Origin: an uncultured Spirochaetaceae bacterium
GTDB taxonomy: Bacteria; Spirochaetota; Spirochaetia; DSM-27196; SLST01
NCBI GenBank assembly: GCA_964458555.1
Contig: CAYWJH010000002.1
Span: 25,021 to 89,020 of the forward strand
Reading direction: 5' to 3'
Length of the DNA: 64,000 nucleotides
The notes below the pieces were generated by a model that was given only the letters and a program-made list of their open reading frames with translations, was not told the DNA's origin and made no database searches. Within the stretch, counting starts at the first letter, position 1. Every line of letters begins with the position of its first letter. The position numbers and the translations under genes were made by a program. This document shows, one piece after another, positions 42,318 through 51,406 of this stretch.

Positions 42318-44441
42318 CTATTCTACCACCGAGCCGGCGACGATGACAGCGCCAACGGCGCGCGCGGCGAGCGACCCGCCGAGCATGAGCAGCAGAAGCG
42401 CGCCGGCGCCGAGCGGGAAGTAGTCGCCCCACCGCGTATACAGCGTCGTCGGTGGGTCGGGATCGATCGGCACGCGCGAGACCAGCGCGGCCTCCTCGAA
42501 CTGGGGGAGCGTCCGAACGATACGACCGTACGGGTCGATCTGCCCGGTCACGCCCGAGGCGGTCGTTCGCAGCACCGGTCGCCGGTTCTCCACCGCCCGG
42601 AAGAGCCCTGCGACGAAGTGCTGCTTCGCCTGCGTTTCGGCGAGCGACCAGTAGTCGTTCGAGATGTTGAGGATCACGTCGGCGCCGGCGCGGACGAAGC
42701 CACGCACGTAGTTCGGGAAGTCATCCTCGTAGCAGATGGGCGTCGAGAAGGTGAACAGCGGATGCTCGAAGACGGTCTGCTCGGTGCCCTGCTCCCAGAA
42801 GTTCACGTCGAACTCGAGCAGCAACTCGTACACCCAGGGCAGTTGCTCGCGGTAGGGGAAGTGCTCGGTGAACGGGACGAGCCGGATCTTGCGGTAGGTC
42901 TCCCGCCGCCTGCCCTCGTCGTCGAAGAGCACGGCGCCGTTGTAGCTCAGCCGCTCGATCTCGTATGCCGTCTTCTGCTTGAAAAAAAAAAAGTCGTCGT
43001 TGCCGGTGACGAGCCACGTCTCCAGCGACTCCTGGTACTCGAGGAACCGACTCACCAGCCTGTTGAACCGGCGGCTCGAATCGTCCTCCGACCAACGGCG
43101 GATATTGGGAACGAAGGCGGTCTCCGACCAGACGACGAGGTCGGGATCGGCCTCCGTCGTCGCGTCGGTGAGCGTCGTGAGCGTCTCGAAGGTGTTCGCG
43201 TAGTCGCTCTTGCGCGGATCGTTGTTCTGCTGGATCTGCGCGACGGTGACCACAGGCGCGTCTTTGGGCGGATCGGCGTGAAGCGCGAGGACGACGGTAC
43301 CTGCGAGCGCCACCGCCCCCACGAGGACCGTCACGCCGGCGAACCATCCGAAGGTGCGGCGCACGGTGACGACCGGACGCGCGTGGAGCGTCGTGCGCCG
43401 CGCCGAGAACCGGTTGATCGCGGCGCCGAGGAACTCGGCGATCGCCGAATTGCCGAGCAGAACGAGGAACGACAGCCCCCAGACGCCGGTGACCTCGGTC
43501 ATCTGGACGATAGGCAGCACGGCGTACTGCGAGTGCGCGGCGAGCGCCCACGGATACCCGAGGAAGCCGATCGAGCGCAGGTACTCGAAGAGCGTGAGCG
43601 CGAGCGGGAAGACGAGCACGCGCGCGAACCGGATGCGCCGGTAGAGCAGGAGCGCGAGCGGCGTGAAGATCGCCCAGTAGACGAGGAAGAAGAGCACGGT
43701 GATCTGCAGCGAGACGAGGCTGAACGTGCCCAGCCAGTAGCTCGACAGGAGCGTCGTGAACGCGCCGAAGGTGATGCCGTAGAAGACGCCGTGGCCGAAT
43801 CGTGCCGATCGGAGCACGAGGAAGAGCGGTATCCACGCGACCCAGCCGAGCAACGGGAAGCCGTCCAGATCGACGAAGGAGGGCATCGCGATCGCCACGA
43901 GAAAGGCGGACAGCAGCGTCGCCGCGAAGGCCCACGGCCGAACGACGAAGTCGGGTGCCTGCGACCGGTCGTTGTACGCGGAGCGCGCGAGCGCGGGCCG
44001 GCCCAACCGGAAGAACAACCAGGTCCCTGCGTCGAGCGCGACGAGCGGGAAGATCCGGATCCAGACGAGCAGCCGCTCGGTACGCGTATCGAGCGCGAGC
44101 CGGAGGCCTCCCCCGCCCGCGATGAAGCGCTGCACGTAGTCCATGTTCGCGTTGAGCGCGAAGATGAAGCTGAACAGAAAGAAGAGCAGCGAGACAGCCC
44201 CGAGTACCTCGGGCACGAAGAGCAACCGTCGGTAGGCCGACCGACGGAACCGCCGGTACTCGGTCGACGACAGCAGAAGGACGAGGCCCCACAGGTAGTG
44301 AAGCCCGAGGATCACGAACAGCGGGAGATCGCCGAACCCGGGCGCCGGTATCGCGACCGGGCTGCCGAAGATGATGTAGCTCGCGGCGAGCGACACCGCG
44401 AGGTAGATGGCGGCGCTGATGCGGCCCGCGGATCTCGACAT
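42318..44441 (-). CDS. lnt: apolipoprotein N-acyltransferase with an N-terminal membrane extension; contains an adapter-derived segment
   Basis: Start at M75 of ORF 42318..44663. CN-hydrolase part VVWSETAF...YRKIRLVPFTEHFPY...FSTPICYEDDF...NISNDYW. 707 aa versus roughly 500 aa typical. Confidence 0.85.
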   Translation of the reverse strand: MSRSAGRISAAIYLAVSLAASYIIFGSPVAIPAPGFGDLPLFVILGLHYLWGLVLLLSSTEYRRFRRSAYRRLLFVPEVLGAVSLLFFLFSFIFALNANMDYVQRFIAGGGGLRLALDTRTERLLVWIRIFPLVALDAGTWLFFRLGRPALARSAYNDRSQAPDFVVRPWAFAATLLSAFLVAIAMPSFVDLDGFPLLGWVAWIPLFLVLRSARFGHGVFYGITFGAFTTLLSSYWLGTFSLVSLQITVLFFLVYWAIFTPLALLLYRRIRFARVLVFPLALTLFEYLRSIGFLGYPWALAAHSQYAVLPIVQMTEVTGVWGLSFLVLLGNSAIAEFLGAAINRFSARRTTLHARPVVTVRRTFGWFAGVTVLVGAVALAGTVVLALHADPPKDAPVVTVAQIQQNNDPRKSDYANTFETLTTLTDATTEADPDLVVWSETAFVPNIRRWSEDDSSRRFNRLVSRFLEYQESLETWLVTGNDDFFFFKQKTAYEIERLSYNGAVLFDDEGRRRETYRKIRLVPFTEHFPYREQLPWVYELLLEFDVNFWEQGTEQTVFEHPLFTFSTPICYEDDFPNYVRGFVRAGADVILNISNDYWSLAETQAKQHFVAGLFRAVENRRPVLRTTASGVTGQIDPYGRIVRTLPQFEEAALVSRVPIDPDPPTTLYTRWGDYFPLGAGALLLLMLGGSLAARAVGAVIVAGSVVE
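42958..42992 (+). other. Illumina P7 adapter (reverse complement) plus an A11 run: a sequencing/assembly artefact
   Basis: atctcgtatgccgtcttctgcttg (42958-42981) is 24/24 identical to the reverse complement of CAAGCAGAAGACGGCATACGAGAT, followed by 11 A (42982-42992). Confidence 0.9.
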
Positions 44442-44532
44442 CGAGCCAGAGTCTATTGGAAAGGCCGACGGGCGGCAAACGGAAAGGACCTGATGACCCT
44501 CGTCGGAGCTTCGTCTATACTTGGCGTGCCTT

Positions 44533-45807
44533 ATGAGTGAACTGGCTGCAAACGTCAAGGCGCGTATGAGGCGCCGCCGCCACGCGCGTCGCGCGCGGAG
44601 GAAGATCCGCGCGTCGAGGACGATGAACAGGATTCTGCGTCTCACGCTCGCTCCGTGGATCACGAACCGCTACCGGGTCAGAGCCGAGAATACCGGGATC
44701 TTTAAACGGATTCGTCCGCCCTACCTCATCCTGCCGAACCACACGAGCGTGTGGGATCCCTTCATGGTGAACAAGTACATCCCGGGCGTGATCCATTACG
44801 TCGTGTCGGACGCGAACTTCCGCTCGAAGATAGTCGAGTTCGGCCTGGGGCTGGTCGGCTCGATCCCCAAGACGAAGATGATGTCCGACCTCGACACGGT
44901 GAAGAACATCATGAAGGTGAAGGAGGCCGGTGGGATCGTCGGTATCTTCCCCGAAGGGCAGAACACGTGGGACGGCCACACGATGCCCATGTACTTCTCC
45001 ACGGCGAAACTCGCGAAGCTACTGCGCGTGCCGGTCATCACCGCGCGGATTTCCGGCGCCTACCTGTCGAAGCCGCGCTGGTCAAAGAAACGTCGGCGCG
45101 GGCGCGTTACCATCCGGTACGACGTCGCCTTCACGCCCGAGGAGCTTCGGCGGGCGACGGTGGAGGAGATCGACACGAGGATCGCGAAGCACCTCGAGCA
45201 CGACGAGTACGAGTTCAATCGGTTCCATCGCATCCGGTACGTCGGCCCCGATCGCGCCGAATACGCGGAGATCGCGCTGTTCACGTGCCCCCAGTGCCTG
45301 GAAATCGGCACGCTCCGATCGGAAGGCAACCTGCTGCGCTGTACCGAGTGCGGCTATACCGTCCGCTACGATCTGTACGGGTTTTTCCAGCCGGTATCCG
45401 GCGCGCTGCGGTTCGACACGATGCGCTCGTGGAACCTCTGGCAGGCCGAGGAGCTGCGTCGGCGGCTCGCCGAGTTCGTCGTCATCCCGAACGCCCCGCC
45501 GTTGTTTGCCGAGGAGCGGGTGAAAGTGGAGATCGGGTACAAGTCGATGCCGCTCGAGCTCTACCGCATCGGACGGATCGCCCTCTATCCCGACCGCATC
45601 GAGCTTGCAGCCGAGCACGCCGAACCCGAGCGCTTCCCGATCGCAGCGATCGTGGGGATCAACGTCCAGAACAACGAACGGCTCGAGTTCTACGCCAACG
45701 AGAATCTCTACCGCGTGACGATCCTCGATCCGCGAGGCTGCACGTACAAGTGGGACCTCGCGGTGCGCACGATGCAGGAGCTTGCGGCTTCGTCGGCGGT
45801 AGTGTAG
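44533..45807 (+). CDS. lysophospholipid (PlsC-like) acyltransferase with a C-terminal zinc-ribbon-containing extension
   Basis: LILPNHTSVWDPF (HX4D motif), GIFPEGQNTWDG; later CPQC...CTEC. Start uncertain (TTG 44521, ATG 44533 or ATG 44623). Confidence 0.75.
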   Translation: MSELAANVKARMRRRRHARRARRKIRASRTMNRILRLTLAPWITNRYRVRAENTGIFKRIRPPYLILPNHTSVWDPFMVNKYIPGVIHYVVSDANFRSKIVEFGLGLVGSIPKTKMMSDLDTVKNIMKVKEAGGIVGIFPEGQNTWDGHTMPMYFSTAKLAKLLRVPVITARISGAYLSKPRWSKKRRRGRVTIRYDVAFTPEELRRATVEEIDTRIAKHLEHDEYEFNRFHRIRYVGPDRAEYAEIALFTCPQCLEIGTLRSEGNLLRCTECGYTVRYDLYGFFQPVSGALRFDTMRSWNLWQAEELRRRLAEFVVIPNAPPLFAEERVKVEIGYKSMPLELYRIGRIALYPDRIELAAEHAEPERFPIAAIVGINVQNNERLEFYANENLYRVTILDPRGCTYKWDLAVRTMQELAASSAVV

Positions 45808-45915
45808 AATTACGAGGTATTGGAGCTAGGTGCGGCTCACGACGAAAAAAGACGCCCTGACAAAACAAAAACTGTCCGACAATGAAGAGGGCGGTTGCTC
45901 GTCCACTGGGGATAT

Positions 45916-47214
45916 ATGGCTACCAAGCTGGAGAAACTGAAGAACGTCATTGGCGTTGATTCGATTCTCAACAAGATACAGGACCTCGACATTCTGCTCG
46001 AGACGATCCTTTCGGAGGCGCGTAACGTCCTGAACGCGGACGCGGGCAGCATCTATATCAAGGAGGGTGACGAGCTCGCCGTCACGTACGCGCAGAACGA
46101 CACGAAGGCAGCCGAGCTCAAGCCGGGCGAGAAGCTCGTCTACAGCGTCTTCCGGATCCCCATCGGCACGTCGACGATGTCCGGCTACGCCGCGCTCACC
46201 GGCGAGATCGTGAGCGTCCGCAACGTCTACGACCTGCCCGAGGGCGCCCCCTACAGCTACAGCGACCATTACGACAAGGTCTCCGGCTACCATACGGTCT
46301 CAACGCTCTGCATTCCTCTCAAGACGAACATGGGCGACATCCTGGGCGTGCTGCAGCTCATCAACAAGAAAGACTCGCGCGGCCGGAGCATCGCCTTCAG
46401 CAAGGACGACGAGCTCGTCGCCGGTCACTTCGCGACGAACGCGACGATGGCGCTTCAGCGCGCGACGATGACCCGCGCGATCCTGCTTCGCATGACCAAG
46501 ATGTCCGAGCTCCGCGACCCCAAGGAAACCGGAATGCACGTCAACCGCGTCGCCGGTTACGCGCTCGAGATCTACGAGCGGTGGGCCGACCGCACCGGCG
46601 TTCCGCGCCACGAGATCGAGCGCACGCGGGACACGCTGCGCATGGCGGCGATGCTCCACGACGTGGGAAAAGTCGCGATCAGCGATACAATTCTGAAGAA
46701 GCCGGGACGGCTCACGCCGGAAGAGCGGGTGGTCATGGAGTCGCACGCGTGGCACGGCGCGCGGCTGTTCACCGACCGCCAGAGCGAGTTCGACGAGATC
46801 GCCCAGCAGGTCGCGCTGAACCATCACGAGTACTGGGATGGGACCGGCTACCCCGGCCACATCGACCTGCTGACCGGTGAACCGACCAGGAAGGGCACTG
46901 ATGGCAAGGCGCGCGGCAAGAAGGGCAAAGAGATCCACATCTTCGGGCGCATCGTCGCCATCGCCGATGTGTTCGACGCGCTCTCCAGCAACCGGGTCTA
47001 CAAGAAGGCGTGGAAGAAGGAAGACGCTATTCGCGAGATCAGGAACTCGGCCGGGAAGCAGTTCGACCCGGAGCTCGTGGAAGACTTCATCGGCTCGCTG
47101 CCGAGCATCCAGATCGTCGCCGACAAGTTCGCGGAGGGCTCTTCCGCGCCCGAACTCCCCATCGCAGGAACCAACGATGAGGCTGCTCAGCCATCCGGGA
47201 ACGAGTCGGAGTAG
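45916..47214 (+). CDS. GAF domain / HD-GYP domain protein (putative c-di-GMP phosphodiesterase)
   Basis: Start at M8 of ORF 45895..47214. GAF: ARNVLNADAGSIYIKEGDEL...GVLQLINKKD. HD-GYP: AAMLHDVGKVAISDTILKKPGRLTPEE...NHHEYWDGTGYPG. Confidence 0.9.
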   Translation: MATKLEKLKNVIGVDSILNKIQDLDILLETILSEARNVLNADAGSIYIKEGDELAVTYAQNDTKAAELKPGEKLVYSVFRIPIGTSTMSGYAALTGEIVSVRNVYDLPEGAPYSYSDHYDKVSGYHTVSTLCIPLKTNMGDILGVLQLINKKDSRGRSIAFSKDDELVAGHFATNATMALQRATMTRAILLRMTKMSELRDPKETGMHVNRVAGYALEIYERWADRTGVPRHEIERTRDTLRMAAMLHDVGKVAISDTILKKPGRLTPEERVVMESHAWHGARLFTDRQSEFDEIAQQVALNHHEYWDGTGYPGHIDLLTGEPTRKGTDGKARGKKGKEIHIFGRIVAIADVFDALSSNRVYKKAWKKEDAIREIRNSAGKQFDPELVEDFIGSLPSIQIVADKFAEGSSAPELPIAGTNDEAAQPSGNESE

Positions 47215-47962
47215 CAGGCCGATTTCGCTCTCGCGGCGCGGCGCGGCGGCGGTCGTGCTCGCGAGCGTGCTCGTCGCCGCGCTCGCAGGCTGCGGCGGTG
47301 CGCTCGTCAACGGGTACTACCTGCTGCCGGCGGCGCGTACGGGCTATCTCTACGAAGAGTTCGACGAGCAGGACGACGGTCGCTGGAGCTTCGACGCGGA
47401 GGACGGGTATCCGTACGCCCTCGGCGTACGCGGCGGATACTTCGTCGCCGCCGACGCGCGGCAGTTCGCGCGTACGTCGCAGCCGCTTTCCACCACCGTC
47501 GACGTCCACGCGGCCTGGGAAGTCTGGTCACCGGACGCGACGCCGATCCGCGACAACACCGACGAGTTCGACTTCAGGATCATGTTCGACACGTCGGACA
47601 GCGGAGGCTACGACCCCTCGGGCATCCGCGTCGAGCTGAAGCTCTTCGACGGCGGTACAGAAGACCGGCTCGTGATCGCCGACGACGCAAGCGGGTCATC
47701 GGTCTCGGTAACGAGTCCCACCACCAGTCCCACCCGGGGAACCATCTACGCGAGGTTCCGCAGAAACACGGATGCGTCCACCGTGGCCGTCGCCGTCTAC
47801 GACCGGGCGGGAACGCTCCTGCTCGAAGCAGACCTCACGCTCGACGAGCCGTGGGACCGGGACGAGCCCCTCATGGTCGAGGCCTCCGGCTACGACGACG
47901 GCACCGCGATCGAGGTGCGTGCGCTCGATTTCGTCCGCGCGCTCCGACCGGAGGGCCTGTGA
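47177..47962 (+). CDS. lipoprotein (hypothetical), first gene of the envelope operon
   Basis: Start at M101 of ORF 46877..47962: MRLLSHPGTSRSSRPISLSRRGAAAVVLASVLVAALAGC (lipobox). Overlaps the HD-GYP gene by 38 nt. Confidence 0.65.
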   Translation: MRLLSHPGTSRSSRPISLSRRGAAAVVLASVLVAALAGCGGALVNGYYLLPAARTGYLYEEFDEQDDGRWSFDAEDGYPYALGVRGGYFVAADARQFARTSQPLSTTVDVHAAWEVWSPDATPIRDNTDEFDFRIMFDTSDSGGYDPSGIRVELKLFDGGTEDRLVIADDASGSSVSVTSPTTSPTRGTIYARFRRNTDASTVAVAVYDRAGTLLLEADLTLDEPWDRDEPLMVEASGYDDGTAIEVRALDFVRALRPEGL

Positions 47963-49644
47963 GCGCACCCGGCGGCTCGAACAGACGCATCGCCGCAGCG
48001 ATGGTCGGTGCGCTTCTCGTCGCGACGCTCGCCGGCTCGGGCGAGCGGGTGTACTGGTCCACCGACCCGCGCGCGAGCTTCGACGAGTTCGAGCCGTTTC
48101 CGGACGTGTACGTCGCGTCGGACACGACGTTTCGCTACTACACGATCGACGCGCGCGGGACCCGCAGCGCGATCGTGGAAGCCGAGTACGCCCTCGACGA
48201 CGACGGGGCGCCGGTGATCGATCCGCCGAATCTCTTTGGCGCGAACGCCCGCTACTACCGCCTCGACCTCTCCTGGGAAACCGTCGCGCCGTGGGAGACC
48301 GAAGACGGGCGATCCAACCCGTTCGACGAGGTCACCGACTGGGAGTATCTCGAGTACGCGGTCTATTCGTCGGCCGCGGACGACATCGGCTCGCTGTCCG
48401 CCGCGAAGTCGAACGGCAGGCTGGAGATGGGCTGGCTCACCCGTGGCGAGAACGACGAGCGGTCGGCGTTCCGCTACTTCGCCTCGCGTCCCGGCGAGGC
48501 GCGCTACTTCAACGTCTTCGTCCGCGACGCGGAGGGAAACGCGAGCGGCTACGGGGCCCGACGCTTCGCGACGCGGCCGGCGCTGAGCATCTACACCGCA
48601 GACCCGGGCGTCGACGACCTGATTCATCTGCACCCCGCCGTGGAGGATCCCGCACCGACCTTCTCCACCTCCGTACCGGTGCCGTTTTCCACCACGAAAG
48701 CGATCTCCCTCCAACGGTACGACGGTGATCCGCTGAACGACCTCGTGATCGTGCACGACGATCTCGCAGACGACGTCTACCGCCTCTACCTGACGCGACC
48801 GGACGCGAGCTTTCCCGCGGTGGAGTACGCCGAATTGTTCCGTGAGCCGTCGGGCACGGGGCAGCGCAAGATCGTCCTGGCGCAGATGGACGGTGCGGGC
48901 GCGCGCGACGAGGTCTATAACACCGTCAACGGAAACATCCACGTGGCGGACGTGGAGGCAGGCACCCGCATCGAGCTGGCGGGAGCCGAGGCGCAGTACT
49001 TCACCCTCGGAGACCTTGATCGCAACGGATTCGTCGACATCGTCACGATCAACGAGACGACCGGCCTCGAGCATGTGCGGGCGTGGATGAACCGCGACGG
49101 GAGCTCGTTCGACCTCGTCGACCCGATCCTCTCGGCGGGCCTGCCACCGGAGCTTGACCAAAGCGGGCTCGGCGAGACGGTGGACATCGAACTCGCCGAC
49201 CTCGTCGTAGCGGTCCCGGGTTCGATCCTGCCCAATCCATCGGTGGAGCTCTACTACGGCAACGGCGACGGTACGTTCGCCGACGTGGTCGGTGAGGAAA
49301 CGTTCTGGATGGTAGACCACGACACGGTCGACGTCGTGCCCGCAAATTTCAGCCGCGACGGGCTGATCGACCTCTTCTTCTCGAACGACATACCGGACTC
49401 GCTCGTCTACACGAACAACGGCGACGGAACGTTGACTGCAGGGCCGGCAACCGGCTCCGGGCTGAGCGCGCGCGAGGCGGTCGCCGCCGACCTCAACGGC
49501 GATGGCTGGGCAGACATCGTGGAACGGCATTCGGTTGCGAGCCAACCGCGAATCTGGTGGAACGACGCGGGCGTGGGTATCGTGCCGGGGGCCCAGGTGG
49601 GTCCCGGAACGACGAACAACCTGGCGGTGGGGCAGATCCGATGA
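47959..49644 (+). CDS. secreted FG-GAP/VCBS-repeat protein
   Basis: GTG start in a GTGA overlap; signal-like IAAAMVGALLVATLAGSG. Repeats DLDRNGFVDIVTIN, SRDGLIDLFFSN, DLNGDGWADIVE. Confidence 0.75.
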   Translation: MSAPGGSNRRIAAAMVGALLVATLAGSGERVYWSTDPRASFDEFEPFPDVYVASDTTFRYYTIDARGTRSAIVEAEYALDDDGAPVIDPPNLFGANARYYRLDLSWETVAPWETEDGRSNPFDEVTDWEYLEYAVYSSAADDIGSLSAAKSNGRLEMGWLTRGENDERSAFRYFASRPGEARYFNVFVRDAEGNASGYGARRFATRPALSIYTADPGVDDLIHLHPAVEDPAPTFSTSVPVPFSTTKAISLQRYDGDPLNDLVIVHDDLADDVYRLYLTRPDASFPAVEYAELFREPSGTGQRKIVLAQMDGAGARDEVYNTVNGNIHVADVEAGTRIELAGAEAQYFTLGDLDRNGFVDIVTINETTGLEHVRAWMNRDGSSFDLVDPILSAGLPPELDQSGLGETVDIELADLVVAVPGSILPNPSVELYYGNGDGTFADVVGEETFWMVDHDTVDVVPANFSRDGLIDLFFSNDIPDSLVYTNNGDGTLTAGPATGSGLSAREAVAADLNGDGWADIVERHSVASQPRIWWNDAGVGIVPGAQVGPGTTNNLAVGQIR

Positions 49645-50342
49645 ACACCACACGCACATCCGTCGCGCGTCTGTTCGCGCTCGCCACCTTCACGCTCGTC
49701 GCCGCCTCCGGCTGCCTCCTCCAACTCCCCGCGCCGAAGATCAACATCCACGCGAAGCCGGCGTACAACGACCAGGAGATCCTCATCCCGTACGACCTCT
49801 CCGGCGAGGGCCGCTACGCACGCGCACGCTGGACGCTGAGCGTCTTTACGGGTGTCGAGTTCGAGGAGATCGTAAGCCGTGAGATCCGGATGCCGAGCGG
49901 CAGCTCCGGTGTGCTGCAACTCGGCGAGCTGCCGGAGGCGCGGTTCAGGCTCGATTTCGCGTTGCTCACGACCAGGGACGGGAGCTACGAGACCGTTCCG
50001 TACATAACGAGGCGGGTTGAGTTCGTCGTGGACCGGACGCCGCCGCAGATCACCGGTATCACGCTGCAGTACTACCAGAATGGTATGCCCAACGCTGCGC
50101 CGGCAGCCGGGACCGATTCAGAGCTCGAGATCGAGCCACCTCCCTTCGCGCCGGAGTTCGAGTCCCCGAACCGTATCCTCTACACCCTGAACGATCCTCG
50201 TCCGCCGGTTCCCGAAGCGGACGAATACGAGGGAATCATCTGGCTGTGGGACTCCACGGAAGTATCACCGTCGGCGCTCATCACGATCGTCGTGATAGAC
50301 GAGGCCGGCAACCGAAGCGACGTATTGGTTGAATCATGGTAG
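49641..50342 (+). CDS. lipoprotein (hypothetical)
   Basis: Start at M29 of ORF 49557..50342 (ATGA overlap): MNTTRTSVARLFALATFTLVAASGC. Confidence 0.7.
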   Translation: MNTTRTSVARLFALATFTLVAASGCLLQLPAPKINIHAKPAYNDQEILIPYDLSGEGRYARARWTLSVFTGVEFEEIVSREIRMPSGSSGVLQLGELPEARFRLDFALLTTRDGSYETVPYITRRVEFVVDRTPPQITGITLQYYQNGMPNAAPAAGTDSELEIEPPPFAPEFESPNRILYTLNDPRPPVPEADEYEGIIWLWDSTEVSPSALITIVVIDEAGNRSDVLVESW

Positions 50343-51406
50343 GACGAAACGCGCTGCTCGTAACCAAAATGATGATCGCCCTTGCGGTGCCAACGGTCGC
50401 TCAGCCGGTCCTCTTCGTCGGCTCCGCTCCCATCCACGCCGAAGTAACGATCAACGGGACCGCATATGGAACGACCCCGCTCCTCGTCCGCGATCTCGAT
50501 CCGGGCGCCTACGAGGTGCGCGTTATCAAGCCTGGGTACGCTCCAGCACGCGAGCGGATCGAGCTGGGCGAGGACGAGGTGCGGGCCGTCGAGCTGCGTC
50601 CGGAGCCCGATCTGTTCGTGGGCGCCTTCTCGGCCCACGAGACGCTCGTCGACGGCACGGTCTACGACCGGCAAGAGTCCACATTCGTCCTGCCGTCGGG
50701 AACCTACGGGCTGCGAGCAGACGAGCGACAGCTCCGCCTCACGCCGGTCTACCCGAACGAAGGGGCGCTCGCCGCCGCCCGTATCGCGACGATCGCCGGA
50801 GGGATCGTGGCGATTCTTTCCACGGTGGAGGACGTCATCGTGGGTGATGCCGATTCATACTTCACGAGCCACCTCCCCTCCCCCGCGACGATCACCATGT
50901 GGACGATCACCGCAGGCGCCGGCGGGTTCTGGATCAGCCTCGCCGCCGACCGACGCGCGTACGAGGAACGTATGGTCGTGCGGCCCTTCGAGGACTCGCT
51001 TACGCCGGCGGAAGCCGAACGCTCCTTCCGCGACGGTGAGGCGGCGCTCGAGGCGGGAAACCTCTCACGGGCGCTGACGAACTACACGCGCGTCGTCGCC
51101 GACGGCGGCGCCAGCGAGTACATCCCGGACGCGCTCTACAAGAGCGGCCAGATCTACAGCGTCTCCGGCGACGCCGAGCTCGCCTCGCGCATGCTCGAAG
51201 TCCTCGTCGCCGACTTCCCCGCCCCGGACGTCTACGATCGCGGCCTGAAGGCGCTCGCCGACGCCTACGTGGCGTTGGGGCGCTACGACGACGCGATAGC
51301 GCGTCTCGAGCAGATGGTCTTCTACGACCCGCTCTACGCGCCGCAGGACATTGCGGAGGAGATACAGGCGATCGAGCGGCGCCGGGAAGAGGAGACCACC
51401 GAATGA
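50336..51406 (+). CDS. PEGA-like domain / TM / TPR (YbgF-like) protein
   Basis: PIHAEVTINGTAYGTTPLLVRDLDPGAYEVRVIKPGYAPARERIEL (PEGA-like); two TM helices; C-terminal NLSRALTNYTRVVA...ALYKSGQIY...ALADAYVALGRYDDAI. Confidence 0.75.
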   Translation: MVGRNALLVTKMMIALAVPTVAQPVLFVGSAPIHAEVTINGTAYGTTPLLVRDLDPGAYEVRVIKPGYAPARERIELGEDEVRAVELRPEPDLFVGAFSAHETLVDGTVYDRQESTFVLPSGTYGLRADERQLRLTPVYPNEGALAAARIATIAGGIVAILSTVEDVIVGDADSYFTSHLPSPATITMWTITAGAGGFWISLAADRRAYEERMVVRPFEDSLTPAEAERSFRDGEAALEAGNLSRALTNYTRVVADGGASEYIPDALYKSGQIYSVSGDAELASRMLEVLVADFPAPDVYDRGLKALADAYVALGRYDDAIARLEQMVFYDPLYAPQDIAEEIQAIERRREEETTE

